A stretch of DNA of 64,000 bases from an uncultured Gammaproteobacteria bacterium (GCA_964416445.1 CAYQEE010000005.1:52060-116059), one strand, 5' to 3'; counted from the stretch's first letter, positions 40,643 to 50,849 are shown. The notes: a model not told the origin generated them from the letters alone. A program made the numbers and translations.

Positions 40643-43279
40643 ATGCAAGAATTTACTACTCCCATGATGAAGCAATACCAGGAGATAAAGAAGCAATATA
40701 AAGATTGTTTATTATTTTATCGAATGGGTGATTTTTATGAATTGTTTATGGATGATGCCTATATTGGTGCACAAGTGCTGAACATTACATTAACAGGGAG
40801 ACCAAAAGGCAAAGATGGACGAATACCAATGGCAGGAGTTCCTTATCACGCTGTTGATAGCTATCTTGCGAAGTTAGTTAAAGCAGGGTATAAAGTCGCA
40901 ATTTGCGAACAAGTCAGTCTTCCGAATAAGTATGGAATTATCGATCGCGAGGTAATTCGTATTGTTACACCAGGAACAGTTCTTGATGAAAAAGCTCTTG
41001 ATAAAAAGGATAATAACTACATAATCAGTCTCTTGGTTGAAAATGACATGATTGCAATCAGTACTGCTGATATTTCAACAGGATATTTCTCCTCAATACA
41101 AATGCATACTCGCAATGTTGAACAAACAATAAAAGATGAACTTTCTCGATTACATCCATCAGAATGTATCTTGTCTGAACAACTTTATAATACTCCTGAA
41201 ATTTTGCGATATTTAAAAACTGAAAATACAATGAGCATCTGTTGTTTTAAAGATTGGGAGAACTATGCAACATCAGCAAAGCAAATATTAAAGAAACATT
41301 TTGGTGTCTCAACATTAGCAAGTTTTGGTATTGAAGATAAGCCGCTACTGTTGCAAACAGCAGCTACTCTTTTGGGATATCTCCAAATGACTCAAAAAAC
41401 AACCGTTGGACATATTAAGAAAATTGTTGTTCATCATGCTGAAGATAGTATGATTTTAGATAAATCAACCGTGATTAATCTTGAATTATTTTCAACAATT
41501 CGTGAACATACGCTACAAGGAACATTACTTCATATTTTAGATCAAACAATCACCCCTATGGGTGGACGATTGTTAAAACAATGGATGAAAAAACCACTTA
41601 TTCATCGTGATGAAATTATCCAACGATATGAAGCTGTTGATGAATTTCTACAATACTCTCAAGAAAGATTTATGGTGCGAGAATCGTTGCAAGCAGTTAT
41701 TGATATTGAGCGCATCCTTTCTCGACTGTCTGTCAATATTGGAAATGCAAGAGATTTAATCAATTTAAAAACCTCATTGAAAACAATCTTACATGTGAAA
41801 AAGCTGCTACAAAATAGGGAAGCGAATCTGATTAAAAACGTAGCAGCAGGTATTTCGAATGACGTTACTACCGTTATTCAAGTTATTGAAAAAATGATTC
41901 TTGATGAACCCAAAATTGAATTGCGGGAAGGTGGACTGATGAAAAATGGTATTAACGCTGATCTGGATAAATTGAGGAAAATTGTTAAAGGGAGTAAAGA
42001 TTGGATAGTTAATTTAGAACGGAAAGAACGAGAAAGAACAGGTATTGCTTCTTTAAAAGTACGATTTAATCAAGTATTTGGTTTTTATATCGAAGTGAGT
42101 AAAGCAAATCTTCATAATATTCCTGAAAATTATATTCGCAAACAAACATTGGTAAACGGAGAACGATATATTACTCCAGAATTAAAAGAGCAAGAAGAGA
42201 TTATTTTAACTGCTGAAGAAAAAATTAATCAATTAGAATATGCACTATATCAAGACGTTTTACATTCCGTATTATCCTATACAGTTAGTTTACAAAAAGC
42301 AGCAGAAAGTATTGCTATTCTTGATTGTCTCTCAACGTTTTCAGAACTGGCAGAAAAAAATAGTTATATACGGCCAAATCTTGTATCAACAGGTGAGTTA
42401 ACGATTATTGGAGGACGACATCCTGTTGTTGAAAAGCTTTTGGAAGAGAATGAATTTGTTCCCAATGATGTAGCAGTTGACTCAATTAATCAACAATTGC
42501 TTCTTATTACTGGACCAAATATGGCAGGAAAATCGGTATTTATACGACAAGTTGCTTTAATAGTTTTTATGAGTCAGATCGGTTGTTTTGTTCCTGCAAA
42601 AGAAGCGACGATTAGTATTGCAGATCGTATTTTCGTTCGCAGTGGTGCATCCGATGTGATTACATCTGGTCTCTCTACATTTATGGTCGAAATGGTTGAA
42701 ACGGCGCATATCCTTCATCATGCGACAAAAAATAGTCTTATTATTATGGATGAAATTGGAAGAGGAACGAGTACGTATGATGGAATTAGTATTGCGTGGG
42801 CAGTCGCTGAGTATCTAGTTATAACAGAAGATATAGCTGCAAAAACTCTTTTTGCAACTCATTATCACGAACTACAATCGTTAGAAAAAGAATATCCAGG
42901 CAAGATAAAAAATTTTCATATGGCTGTTGCAGATGAGAAAGGGGAACCAATATTTCTCCATACCCTTGTTTCTGGAGGAGCATCTCACAGTTTTGGTGTC
43001 GCTGTTGCAAAACTTGCTGGTGTTCCTGATCCAGTAATCCAAAAAGCAACGGAAATATTACATATTCTTGAAAAAAGGCATATGGAAAATACCACAGAAC
43101 CTGAGACAATGGAACAATCGAGTACAGTCCATCTAGTGGACAAATTGTTACATAAAGAATTAGAAGATATTGATATTCATCAGACAACCCCTCTTGAAGC
43201 ATTAAATAAGTTAGCAGCGCTCAAAGAAAAACTCAAAGTATTTAAAGGAACACAAAGTAAATTTTTAGAGGTAGATTAA
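40643..43279 (+). CDS. mutS: DNA mismatch repair protein MutS
   Basis: TPMMKQYQEIKKQY..LFYRMGDFYELF (mismatch-binding domain). Walker A GPNMAGKS. Full MutS length. The start was taken at MQEF rather than the upstream track Met. Confidence 0.9.
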   Translation: MQEFTTPMMKQYQEIKKQYKDCLLFYRMGDFYELFMDDAYIGAQVLNITLTGRPKGKDGRIPMAGVPYHAVDSYLAKLVKAGYKVAICEQVSLPNKYGIIDREVIRIVTPGTVLDEKALDKKDNNYIISLLVENDMIAISTADISTGYFSSIQMHTRNVEQTIKDELSRLHPSECILSEQLYNTPEILRYLKTENTMSICCFKDWENYATSAKQILKKHFGVSTLASFGIEDKPLLLQTAATLLGYLQMTQKTTVGHIKKIVVHHAEDSMILDKSTVINLELFSTIREHTLQGTLLHILDQTITPMGGRLLKQWMKKPLIHRDEIIQRYEAVDEFLQYSQERFMVRESLQAVIDIERILSRLSVNIGNARDLINLKTSLKTILHVKKLLQNREANLIKNVAAGISNDVTTVIQVIEKMILDEPKIELREGGLMKNGINADLDKLRKIVKGSKDWIVNLERKERERTGIASLKVRFNQVFGFYIEVSKANLHNIPENYIRKQTLVNGERYITPELKEQEEIILTAEEKINQLEYALYQDVLHSVLSYTVSLQKAAESIAILDCLSTFSELAEKNSYIRPNLVSTGELTIIGGRHPVVEKLLEENEFVPNDVAVDSINQQLLLITGPNMAGKSVFIRQVALIVFMSQIGCFVPAKEATISIADRIFVRSGASDVITSGLSTFMVEMVETAHILHHATKNSLIIMDEIGRGTSTYDGISIAWAVAEYLVITEDIAAKTLFATHYHELQSLEKEYPGKIKNFHMAVADEKGEPIFLHTLVSGGASHSFGVAVAKLAGVPDPVIQKATEILHILEKRHMENTTEPETMEQSSTVHLVDKLLHKELEDIDIHQTTPLEALNKLAALKEKLKVFKGTQSKFLEVD

Positions 43280-43284
43280 TTTGT

Positions 43285-43737
43285 TTGTTTCTTGCTATTC
43301 AGGTAAATATTTTTTACAATTTTGATATGGTAGATCCACTCCAACCGAATACATCTTCCTTACAACAACCGACAGAACCTACCCCACCTGTTGCTCCACC
43401 AGCGTCTCATCCAAATCTTATCGTATTAATCATCTTTGCTATTATTCTTTTCGTTTTTTGTGGTGTAGGGTACATTTTATTACAAACACGCAAACCTTTT
43501 CCCCAAGCTGCTCAAACAGTTAATTCGCAATCTTCACCAACTCAGCCAATAATTGTTACACCCACTCCAGAGATTGTAGATACCGCACCTGGATTGCCAG
43601 CAAAGCAGAAGGCACAAGTTCAAATTCATCATTCTGACAGTACGTTTAGTACCTATCTTGTACCATTAACTAGTGTCTCCGCATATATTCACACATTACC
43701 CAAAGGTGATTCTGTTGTCAAAGTTGTAAACCCGTAA
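43285..43737 (+). CDS. Hypothetical Pro-rich membrane protein
   Basis: Pro/Thr-rich N-terminus, one TM (LIVLIIFAIILFVFCGVGYILL), then a short C-terminal domain. Start uncertain. Confidence 0.35.
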   Translation: MFLAIQVNIFYNFDMVDPLQPNTSSLQQPTEPTPPVAPPASHPNLIVLIIFAIILFVFCGVGYILLQTRKPFPQAAQTVNSQSSPTQPIIVTPTPEIVDTAPGLPAKQKAQVQIHHSDSTFSTYLVPLTSVSAYIHTLPKGDSVVKVVNP

Positions 43738-43794
43738 CAGCTTCTTAATTTCGTTGCATTTTTTATTTCGTGTATATTATGATGGAGCATACGT

Positions 43795-45498
43795 ATGAAA
43801 AAAATTCATCAGCTGTCTTTACCAGTTATTGCAAAAATAGCAGCAGGGGAAGTTATTGAACGTCCTGCATATGCAGTTAAAGAGCTTATTGAAAATGCAA
43901 TAGATGCGCATGCTAATTATATTACGATTCAAATTGAAGAAGCTGGACTGAAAAAGATTGTTGTAACTGATAATGGGGAAGGGATGGAAAAGGAAGATAT
44001 TCAAGAATGTTTTAAACCTCATACGACAAGTAAACTGAGCTCAGAAGAAGATTTGTTAGCAATTTCTTCACTCGGGTTCCGAGGGGAAGCACTTGCGAGT
44101 ATTGCAGCGATAAGTACGTTAACAATTAAAAGTAAATCTCTCAACGCAGTTGCAGGGACAATGATAAGAATTCATAATGGGAAGGTTTTGGAGGTGTTAC
44201 CAGTTGGTATGCCATCAGGAACAAGTATCCGAATTGATAACTTATTTTCTTCAGTTCCTGGAAGAAAGAAATTTTTAAAAAGCATCCGAACTGAATTTCG
44301 ACATATTGTTGATGTCGTAATGCATTATACTCTTGCTTACCCCACTATTCGATTTTTTCTCACGCATGATAAACGAATTATTTTAGATGCTCCCCCAAAT
44401 CAATCGATAGGAGAACGCATATCCTTAATACTCGGCAAACAAATATTTAATCAACTGATACCATTTTCTTATTCTGAAGAAAATATTACTCTTTCTGGTT
44501 TTATCTCACATCCACAACTGACGACGCAATCAACGCAAAAACAATATCTTTTTGTGAATAAACGGAGCGTCGTTGATCGACATATTAGTTCAATAATTAA
44601 AGAAGTGTATGGGAATCGTCTTGCTGCGACAACTTATCCTATCTATATCATTTTTTTGTCGATTCCTTTTGAGATGGTTGATGTCAATGTGCATCCTCGA
44701 AAAGAATATGTATTATTTGTTAATAGTGGCGTTGTTTCAGAACATATTGTAACTGCAATGAATCGTGCGCTTAATACTGTTCATGCTATTTTTTCGGCAC
44801 AATATAAAAATAGTGAACTTGTTCTGGGAGATAGTTTCCGTTCGGGGAACACCACTTCTTTTGCGGGAAGAACATTGAAAGAAGTTACGTCTCCTTGGCA
44901 ATTAAAAAGAGAGCTTCTCGATAGTACGTTAATCATGCAACTTCATAATGTTTATCTTGTTGTATCTACAAAATATGGCATGCTTTTGGTTGATCAACAT
45001 GCTGCTCATGAACGAATCCTGTATGAACAATATCAAAGAGCTTTTATTAAACAAAAGCAAAGCAAAAAAATCTTTACGTATTTAGAACCTATCCAATTTG
45101 AGGTTTCTCTGTCAGATGCAGAACTTGTTCAGGAACATAGAGCTCTTTTTACTACACTAGGATTTAATCTTGAACATTTCCACGATACAACATTTCTCTT
45201 GCGGAGTGTACCTTATCTTTTTCAAGATAGAGATTGTACGCAATTACTATTAGATGTTATTGACACTATTCGACAGGAAAAATCCACTGATGATATTGAT
45301 AAACAAACAAAACGAATGATTGCGTATCTTGCTTGTCGGAGTGCAGTGAAAGCAGGAGATAAACTTACTAGGGATGAGTCAAAAAACCTGATTGAACAGT
45401 TGGAAAAAACAGAAAATAATGCGACTTGTCCCCATGGAAGACCGACAAGAATCGAAATGCGACTTGAAGAACTACATAAAATTTTTAAGAGAAAATAG
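43795..45498 (+). CDS. mutL: DNA mismatch repair protein MutL
   Basis: IAAGEVIERPAYAVKELIENAIDA (GHKL ATPase). The C-terminal endonuclease region includes ACR..GDKL and CPHGRP. Confidence 0.9.
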   Translation: MKKIHQLSLPVIAKIAAGEVIERPAYAVKELIENAIDAHANYITIQIEEAGLKKIVVTDNGEGMEKEDIQECFKPHTTSKLSSEEDLLAISSLGFRGEALASIAAISTLTIKSKSLNAVAGTMIRIHNGKVLEVLPVGMPSGTSIRIDNLFSSVPGRKKFLKSIRTEFRHIVDVVMHYTLAYPTIRFFLTHDKRIILDAPPNQSIGERISLILGKQIFNQLIPFSYSEENITLSGFISHPQLTTQSTQKQYLFVNKRSVVDRHISSIIKEVYGNRLAATTYPIYIIFLSIPFEMVDVNVHPRKEYVLFVNSGVVSEHIVTAMNRALNTVHAIFSAQYKNSELVLGDSFRSGNTTSFAGRTLKEVTSPWQLKRELLDSTLIMQLHNVYLVVSTKYGMLLVDQHAAHERILYEQYQRAFIKQKQSKKIFTYLEPIQFEVSLSDAELVQEHRALFTTLGFNLEHFHDTTFLLRSVPYLFQDRDCTQLLLDVIDTIRQEKSTDDIDKQTKRMIAYLACRSAVKAGDKLTRDESKNLIEQLEKTENNATCPHGRPTRIEMRLEELHKIFKRK

Positions 45499-45534
45499 TA
45501 GTAGCGTATTTAGCAATAATTCACACTACCAGTA

Positions 45535-45711
45535 TTGTTCTCTTTGCAAAAATACGTTATAATTTTTTTATCAGAATTCCGAAGTCTGTGAAACTCAGAC
45601 GCTGTACCGCAACCGTTATAGTCGGGTCGCAGATTTTGGTGGGTATCACACGATCCTCGAGTTAAGGATGCGTCAAGAAAGGAACCTTCTCGATTAGGAG
45701 AAGGTTTTTTT
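45535..45711 (+). promoter_or_regulatory. Promoter plus ~140-nt structured leader ending in an intrinsic terminator (candidate attenuator or riboswitch)
   Basis: TTGTTC (45535-40), a 17-nt spacer, TATAAT (45558-63). The transcript should start near 45570. The terminator is CCTTCTC-gattag-GAGAAGG (45685-45704) followed by TTTTTTT (45705-11). The downstream ATG (45722) lies 11 nt after the T-run, with no room for another promoter. Confidence 0.55.
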
Positions 45712-45721
45712 GTGGAAAATT

Positions 45722-47617
45722 ATGTTTAATGAATCACCCAGGAGACAACAAACAGCAACACTTACTCGAAATGCCCAGATGATTGGTCTTTATCTTAATC
45801 TTTATAGAGTTCCTCTCAACAGGCCAGGTATAGCTCTTCCCAGATCACAAGAGGCAAGGCAGGATTTAATAGATGGTGGATTTACACCCGAACAGCAACA
45901 AATATTACAAAGACAACGATTACAATTTCGCGAAAACTATTTGACGATCGATGGCTCTCATGATCAATTGCCCCTACCATCTCATTCGCCGTTATTCACT
46001 GATGGACAATGGCAGCATTATGAGAAAATGCGAGAACAATATAGGTATGGATTATATGATACGGTACAAACTGCTTCTCCGACAGACACCTCGCAATTTA
46101 CCCAAGAACAATTAGAAAAGTTAGTAGAGCTACGAAATCAAATACGAAGAAGTACTCGTAATGAATTTGCGGGTGATATTTCACAAATTAAACAGTTACG
46201 AAAACAATGTGAAGCTGCAGGTATTACCTTTATTAAAAAAAATGAAGATGGAACAAATCAAAAAATAGCGTATGATCCTATCTTAGATGTCTTTAATTTA
46301 TTTAAAATACAGGCAGAAAATCCCAGTGCATTGAAAGATTTTCGTCGGGAAATCATCAAAAATTCAATTACAAATTTATTAGAACGGTATCGTTCAGATA
46401 GAAGTGTGCATCGATTTCAATTAAAAGAGGGAAAATTATTTTCAGAATATTTTCAAAACGAACCTTTTACAAAAATTATCGCTCGAGGAATTAGCCATCT
46501 TCAAGAAGAAGGATCATTAACACAAATACGCGAGAGAAGAGAATTAGAAGGATTTGAATGGAAGGAAAGATATCTTCAAGCCGCACCGATTGGAGCGATG
46601 GTGCTGTTTCTTTCTCCACCATACTTGGAGCGATATCCCGAAAAATTTGTTGATATCTCGATAAAAAAACAAGATCATCTCACCGGAGAAACATATATTG
46701 AAGAAATTCGGTTTAAATATGATAGCTTAACAGCTCATGATTATTGGAATATTGCCACAAGGCTTGATCCACGGTATTTTGATGGATTTATACCACCTTC
46801 TCTTGATGCAAATCCTAATGAGGTCATGACGCTTGATGCATGGTGCGTTGGAAAAGGAATTCCCATTGTGGGAGAATCTCCAGATGCAGTATTTAAATCA
46901 TTAATTGGATCAATTGATCCAGAAAAAGAAGCAAAGATAGATTTTATTTTAAAATGTTCAGAACATCCAATATTTGATTTCTATCTTCCAAGTTTGTTAG
47001 AATCACGATTTACAGCGAAGCAAGATTGGATACGATTAGGCAAAGCTTTTCAATCAATATTAACTTTCTCTCAAAATGCAAGAGATTTATATGATACTTA
47101 TGGTAATAATCATACAGTCTTGGATAGAATGGATTTTGAGACTGCAAAAAAACATGTCTATGCATATATTCAGAGTCAAAAGCATAAATCAGTAAGTAAT
47201 CTTGCTCTTCCGAATACAGTGGACATTTCTTATGAAAGGTATCTTCAACAGAAATTACCTCCAACACAGTTTCAAATGGATACGTTAAGCAAATTACAAG
47301 CAGAGGAGCTTGCTATTGGATGTGGAAGATCTGGGAATGTCCTTATTAATGAAGGTACTAATACTGTTTCTCAAGAAATGGAATCTCGAGCAATGGGTAG
47401 CCTTAATAGATTAAATAAATATAACACTTCGAAAGTGGTAAACAAAGAAAAGTCAGGAAGTAAAGAATCTGAATTATTCCAGTGTCCAGAATGTAATCAA
47501 TATTTTGTTCCTCCTGTTGGGGAATCATGTCCACCAAATAAATTGTCTATCGAAGGTTTCCTTGGATGTGGATATAGTAAAAAAGAAGCTATCGCTCAAG
47601 GAGCGGCTGTTTGTTAA
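45722..47617 (+). CDS. Large hypothetical protein (632 aa from ATG 45722) with a C-terminal Cys-cluster (zinc-ribbon-like)
   Basis: Long ORF (the track uses a TTG at 45710). The C-terminus carries FQCPECNQYF...SCPPNKLSIEGFLGCGYS. No recognisable enzymatic motif. Confidence 0.55.
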   Translation: MFNESPRRQQTATLTRNAQMIGLYLNLYRVPLNRPGIALPRSQEARQDLIDGGFTPEQQQILQRQRLQFRENYLTIDGSHDQLPLPSHSPLFTDGQWQHYEKMREQYRYGLYDTVQTASPTDTSQFTQEQLEKLVELRNQIRRSTRNEFAGDISQIKQLRKQCEAAGITFIKKNEDGTNQKIAYDPILDVFNLFKIQAENPSALKDFRREIIKNSITNLLERYRSDRSVHRFQLKEGKLFSEYFQNEPFTKIIARGISHLQEEGSLTQIRERRELEGFEWKERYLQAAPIGAMVLFLSPPYLERYPEKFVDISIKKQDHLTGETYIEEIRFKYDSLTAHDYWNIATRLDPRYFDGFIPPSLDANPNEVMTLDAWCVGKGIPIVGESPDAVFKSLIGSIDPEKEAKIDFILKCSEHPIFDFYLPSLLESRFTAKQDWIRLGKAFQSILTFSQNARDLYDTYGNNHTVLDRMDFETAKKHVYAYIQSQKHKSVSNLALPNTVDISYERYLQQKLPPTQFQMDTLSKLQAEELAIGCGRSGNVLINEGTNTVSQEMESRAMGSLNRLNKYNTSKVVNKEKSGSKESELFQCPECNQYFVPPVGESCPPNKLSIEGFLGCGYSKKEAIAQGAAVC

Positions 47618-47626
47618 AATATACAT

Positions 47627-47791
47627 ATGGAAACAAAAATTGCTTGTCATGATTGTTTTCAAATTATATGTAAGCAGTGTGGCTGGATTGCCACACCGGA
47701 AGATGTTATAATGATTCAACAAGGAAAGGTGACTGCTTGTCCTCTCTGTGGATGGAAACCACAACCATCACAAGAAAAGCGTACATTATAA
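47627..47791 (+). CDS. 54-aa triple-CxxC zinc-ribbon mini-protein (not in ORF track)
   Basis: METKIACHDCFQIICKQCGWIATPEDVIMIQQGKVTACPLCGWKPQPSQEKRTL. It has CHDC, CKQC and CPLC motifs. It starts 10 nt after the upstream stop. Confidence 0.45.
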   Translation: METKIACHDCFQIICKQCGWIATPEDVIMIQQGKVTACPLCGWKPQPSQEKRTL

Positions 47792-47840
47792 ACATTTTGT
47801 AAGGATTATTTCATTGTCATAGATTCTGCAAGATGGTATC

Positions 47841-48431
47841 ATGAATCATATGGGTACAACAACAAACCAGCAAGATCAATCGAATCAAACATCGCAAGGG
47901 AATACTATTGTTGAATTTCCTGATTTCAATACTGTTGCTAAAACACCAACGACACATCCCCTTGGACCAATGCCAGTAGTAAAAACTCCAACTCCAACTC
48001 CAACTCCAACTCCAACTCCAACTCCAACTCCAACTCCAACTAGTCAACCTACGAGCAGTTCAATTCAGAAGGAACTCGAACCAATGCCATCATTGATAGC
48101 AAAACCTGACATAATACACGAAACTGAACATGTTGTTGAGCTTGTTCCAGAAGTGAAAGCAGCAGGAGTGGAAGCTGTTTCAACTATTCCACAGTTAACA
48201 TTAGAAGAAAAAAAGATTGGTGTAGAATTAGCAAAGGAAGCAGCATTAGAGGAAAAGAAATTAGAGCCTGATTTAAAAGCACCAATATCAAAAATGGAGG
48301 CAGAAAAAATAACGAAAGGACAATTACTCTTTAAGGATACTTCAAATCCCATGTTGTGGCTAGCGATGCTTCTTTTGAGACAGATTCAAATTTTAACTAG
48401 ACAAAAACAGTCTAAAGAGAAAAAAATATGA
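47841..48431 (+). CDS. (TP)n-repeat protein with a charged helical middle and hydrophobic C-terminal segment
   Basis: 196 aa. [21 protein letters not shown] is encoded by a perfect (ACTCCA)n array. Then an E/K-rich region. Then a C-terminal LWLAMLLLRQIQIL. Its stop overlaps the next start (ATATGA). Confidence 0.55.
   Translation: MNHMGTTTNQQDQSNQTSQGNTIVEFPDFNTVAKTPTTHPLGPMPVVKTPTPTPTPTPTPTPTPTPTSQPTSSSIQKELEPMPSLIAKPDIIHETEHVVELVPEVKAAGVEAVSTIPQLTLEEKKIGVELAKEAALEEKKLEPDLKAPISKMEAEKITKGQLLFKDTSNPMLWLAMLLLRQIQILTRQKQSKEKKI
47985..48035 (+). repeat. Hexanucleotide microsatellite (ACTCCA)x8.5 encoding (TP)n
   Basis: A perfect tandem array read directly from the sequence. In-frame repeat length changes would alter the linker length without a frameshift. 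Confidence 0.9.
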
Positions 48432-50806
48432 TACCTGATCAATTATTTACCCCACAGGGGATGATAACCCTTTTTACTATTTTATCCGTCATTATTCTTA
48501 GTACTGTAGGAATTGGATTTTTGCTAATTTTTGGAGGATATTTACTCTTCTTGTATTATAAATATCGAGATCGAGAAAAAATCTCATTAGAGTCGACGCT
48601 CCTGTTAGTTGCGTTACCTCGAGATAATGAAATTAAAATAGATGCCGCAGAGCAAATGTTTGCTGGATTTGCTTCTATTCGTAAAAGCGGCAGGTTTGCA
48701 TTTCTTAATCCGCAACCACATATTTCCTTTGAAATCGTAGGGACACCTGGTGACATTCGGTTCTATGTTCATACGCCAAATAAATTACGTGATTTAGTAG
48801 AAAAGCAAATTAACGGAACGTATCCTGAAGCTGATATCCGTGTAGTTACTGCCGATGATCCGAAACAAAAAAATATCATTGGCAATGAATATAACTTCTT
48901 TAATGAAAACGGTAAAGTCGCATTTGCTCCTCTTAAATTAAAAGGTGCTTCGTATTCTCCGATTCGAATCTTTAAAGATTTGCCGGTAGATGGGTTATCC
49001 CTTATCACTTCAGTACTTGCAAAAATGGGTGAGGGAGAAGGCGCTGCCATCCAGATTCTTGTAAGTCCAGCAGATCCGAAATGGAAGAAATTAGGGCGAA
49101 AGTTTATTGCACGAACAAAAAAAGCAGAGTCAAATCCCGAAACAGCAAAATATGCAACAGATCCAAAAGAATTAGAGGGAATTGAAAATAAAATTAGTAA
49201 ACCAGGATTTAATGTTACCATTCGTGTTGTTGTTTGCTCTCCTAATAAAGAAATGGCTGATGCTCATTTAAGCAACATCCTGAGTGCTTATGGACAATTT
49301 AATGCAGCAAACTCATTTAAAAAAATGAAACCATTGTTAAAGAATTTGCTTGTCAAAGATTTTGTCTATCGTTTCTGGCCAATGCGCGGACAAACGTCTA
49401 TTATGACCAGTGAAGAGCTAGCAACAATTTTTCATTTCCCCAATAAAAGTATTACCACTCCTCAAATTTTTTGGTTAACTTCAAAGAGAGCACCTGCTCC
49501 TGCACAGATCTCAACTACTGGACTATATATTGGGAAAAGTATTTTTAGAGGTATTACAAAACCTGTTCATATTGGTCTGGATGATCGACGTCGGCATATG
49601 TATATTATCGGAAAAACAGGTACTGGAAAATCCGAGTTTTTGAAAGATATGATCCTGCAGGATATCCAAAATGGGGAGGGAGTTTGTGTAATTGATCCTC
49701 ACGGTGATTTAGTTGAAGGAATTCTTCCTCGAGTTCCTGCAAAGCGCGCTGAAGATGTTATTATTTTTGACCCTTCTGATACTTCTCGTCCAATGGGGTT
49801 AAATATTATGGAGGCTGATACTGAAGAACAACGACATTATGTCGTATCGTCCATTATTGGGCTATTTTATAAGTTATATGATCCAAACAATACTGGTATT
49901 GTTGGTCCTCGTTTAGAGCATGGTATTCGAAATGCAATGTTAACATGTATGTGTGAACCTGGTTCTACTTTTATTGAGGTCCAACGCGCATTGACAGATT
50001 CTGCTTTTGTACAAGAGATTCTCCCGAAGGTCACGGATCCAATTATCCGTAGATATTGGACAGATCAAATAGCGCAAACAAGCGACTTCCACAAATCGGA
50101 GGTACTTGACTATATTGTCTCTAAATTCGGTCGTTTTGTTACCAATAAGTTGATGCGTAATATTATTGGTCAATCGAAAAGTGCTTTTCAGTTCAGAGAG
50201 ATTATGGATCAACAAAAAATACTATTAGTTAATTTATCAAAAGGAAAAGTTGGAGAGGAAAACTCTAACTTTCTTGGATTGATTCTCGTTCCAAAGATTC
50301 TTGTTGCTGCAATGAGTAGACAAGATATTCCGCAAGATCAACGTAAAGACTTTTTCCTCTATGTTGATGAATTTCAGAATTTTGCAACACCTGATTTTGC
50401 CGTTATTCTTTCAGAAGCTCGTAAATATCGATTAAATCTTATTGTTGCAAATCAGTTTACTGGACAGATGCAGGAAGAAGTTAAAAATGCTGTTTTTGGT
50501 AACGTTGGATCCATTGTCTCCTTCCGTGTCGGTGTTCAGGATGCAAACTATTTACAACACGAGTTTCAACCCACCTTTAATGAGGGAGATTTAATTAACA
50601 TAGATAGATATAACGCGTATATGCGAACTCTTGTCAATGGAGAACCAGTGAGTCCTTTCTCTGTCGATATGACGCGAGATATGACAAAAGAAAAAGCATT
50701 GGAAAATCCTCGAATCGCAGAATTAATCAAAGAGCTCTCTCGATTGAAATACGCGAAAGACGTTAAACAAGTTGAGGTTGAAATTTCCACTCGTGCAAAA
50801 CTTTAA
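48428..50806 (+). CDS. Membrane-anchored FtsK/HerA/TraG-superfamily P-loop ATPase, most similar in layout to type IV coupling proteins (VirD4/TraG/TrwB-like)
   Basis: A 33-aa N-terminal hydrophobic hairpin, then a ~330-aa domain. Walker A IIGKTGTGKSEFL is followed by VCVIDPHGDL and FDPSD..GLNIME. Walker B LYVDEFQNF lies about 250 aa later. That long spacing fits T4CP with an all-alpha insertion, not the FtsK motor. Start coupled to the upstream gene. Confidence 0.6.
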   Translation: MIPDQLFTPQGMITLFTILSVIILSTVGIGFLLIFGGYLLFLYYKYRDREKISLESTLLLVALPRDNEIKIDAAEQMFAGFASIRKSGRFAFLNPQPHISFEIVGTPGDIRFYVHTPNKLRDLVEKQINGTYPEADIRVVTADDPKQKNIIGNEYNFFNENGKVAFAPLKLKGASYSPIRIFKDLPVDGLSLITSVLAKMGEGEGAAIQILVSPADPKWKKLGRKFIARTKKAESNPETAKYATDPKELEGIENKISKPGFNVTIRVVVCSPNKEMADAHLSNILSAYGQFNAANSFKKMKPLLKNLLVKDFVYRFWPMRGQTSIMTSEELATIFHFPNKSITTPQIFWLTSKRAPAPAQISTTGLYIGKSIFRGITKPVHIGLDDRRRHMYIIGKTGTGKSEFLKDMILQDIQNGEGVCVIDPHGDLVEGILPRVPAKRAEDVIIFDPSDTSRPMGLNIMEADTEEQRHYVVSSIIGLFYKLYDPNNTGIVGPRLEHGIRNAMLTCMCEPGSTFIEVQRALTDSAFVQEILPKVTDPIIRRYWTDQIAQTSDFHKSEVLDYIVSKFGRFVTNKLMRNIIGQSKSAFQFREIMDQQKILLVNLSKGKVGEENSNFLGLILVPKILVAAMSRQDIPQDQRKDFFLYVDEFQNFATPDFAVILSEARKYRLNLIVANQFTGQMQEEVKNAVFGNVGSIVSFRVGVQDANYLQHEFQPTFNEGDLINIDRYNAYMRTLVNGEPVSPFSVDMTRDMTKEKALENPRIAELIKELSRLKYAKDVKQVEVEISTRAKL

Positions 50807-50849
50807 CTTTTCTTTCGTATTCGCTTTTGCTACAATGCAGATTACTTGA

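Noticed and set aside
45571-45711. SRP RNA or 6S RNA in the structured leader
   Set aside because: The conserved SRP domain IV GGAA/AGCAGCC elements are absent. The size and direct abutment to a start codon fit a cis-regulatory leader better.
47985-48035. Possible CRISPR array
   Set aside because: The repeats are 6-nt units without spacers and sit inside coding sequence. They are microsatellites. No CRISPR-like repeat-spacer architecture or cas genes were seen anywhere in the window.
47817-48047. Minus-strand ORF encoding MTSWSWSWSWSWSW...
   Set aside because: It is the antisense reading of the (ACTCCA)n array that encodes (TP)n on the plus strand. It is a repeat artefact, not a gene.
48428-50806. 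The 792-aa ATPase as the housekeeping cell-division FtsK
   Set aside because: It has only one N-terminal hydrophobic hairpin and no Pro/Gln linker. The Walker A to Walker B spacing is about 250 aa, against about 120 aa in FtsK. The post-Walker A motif is IDPHGD...FDPSD...NIME, as in VirD4/TraG. This is not fully excluded without an HMM comparison.
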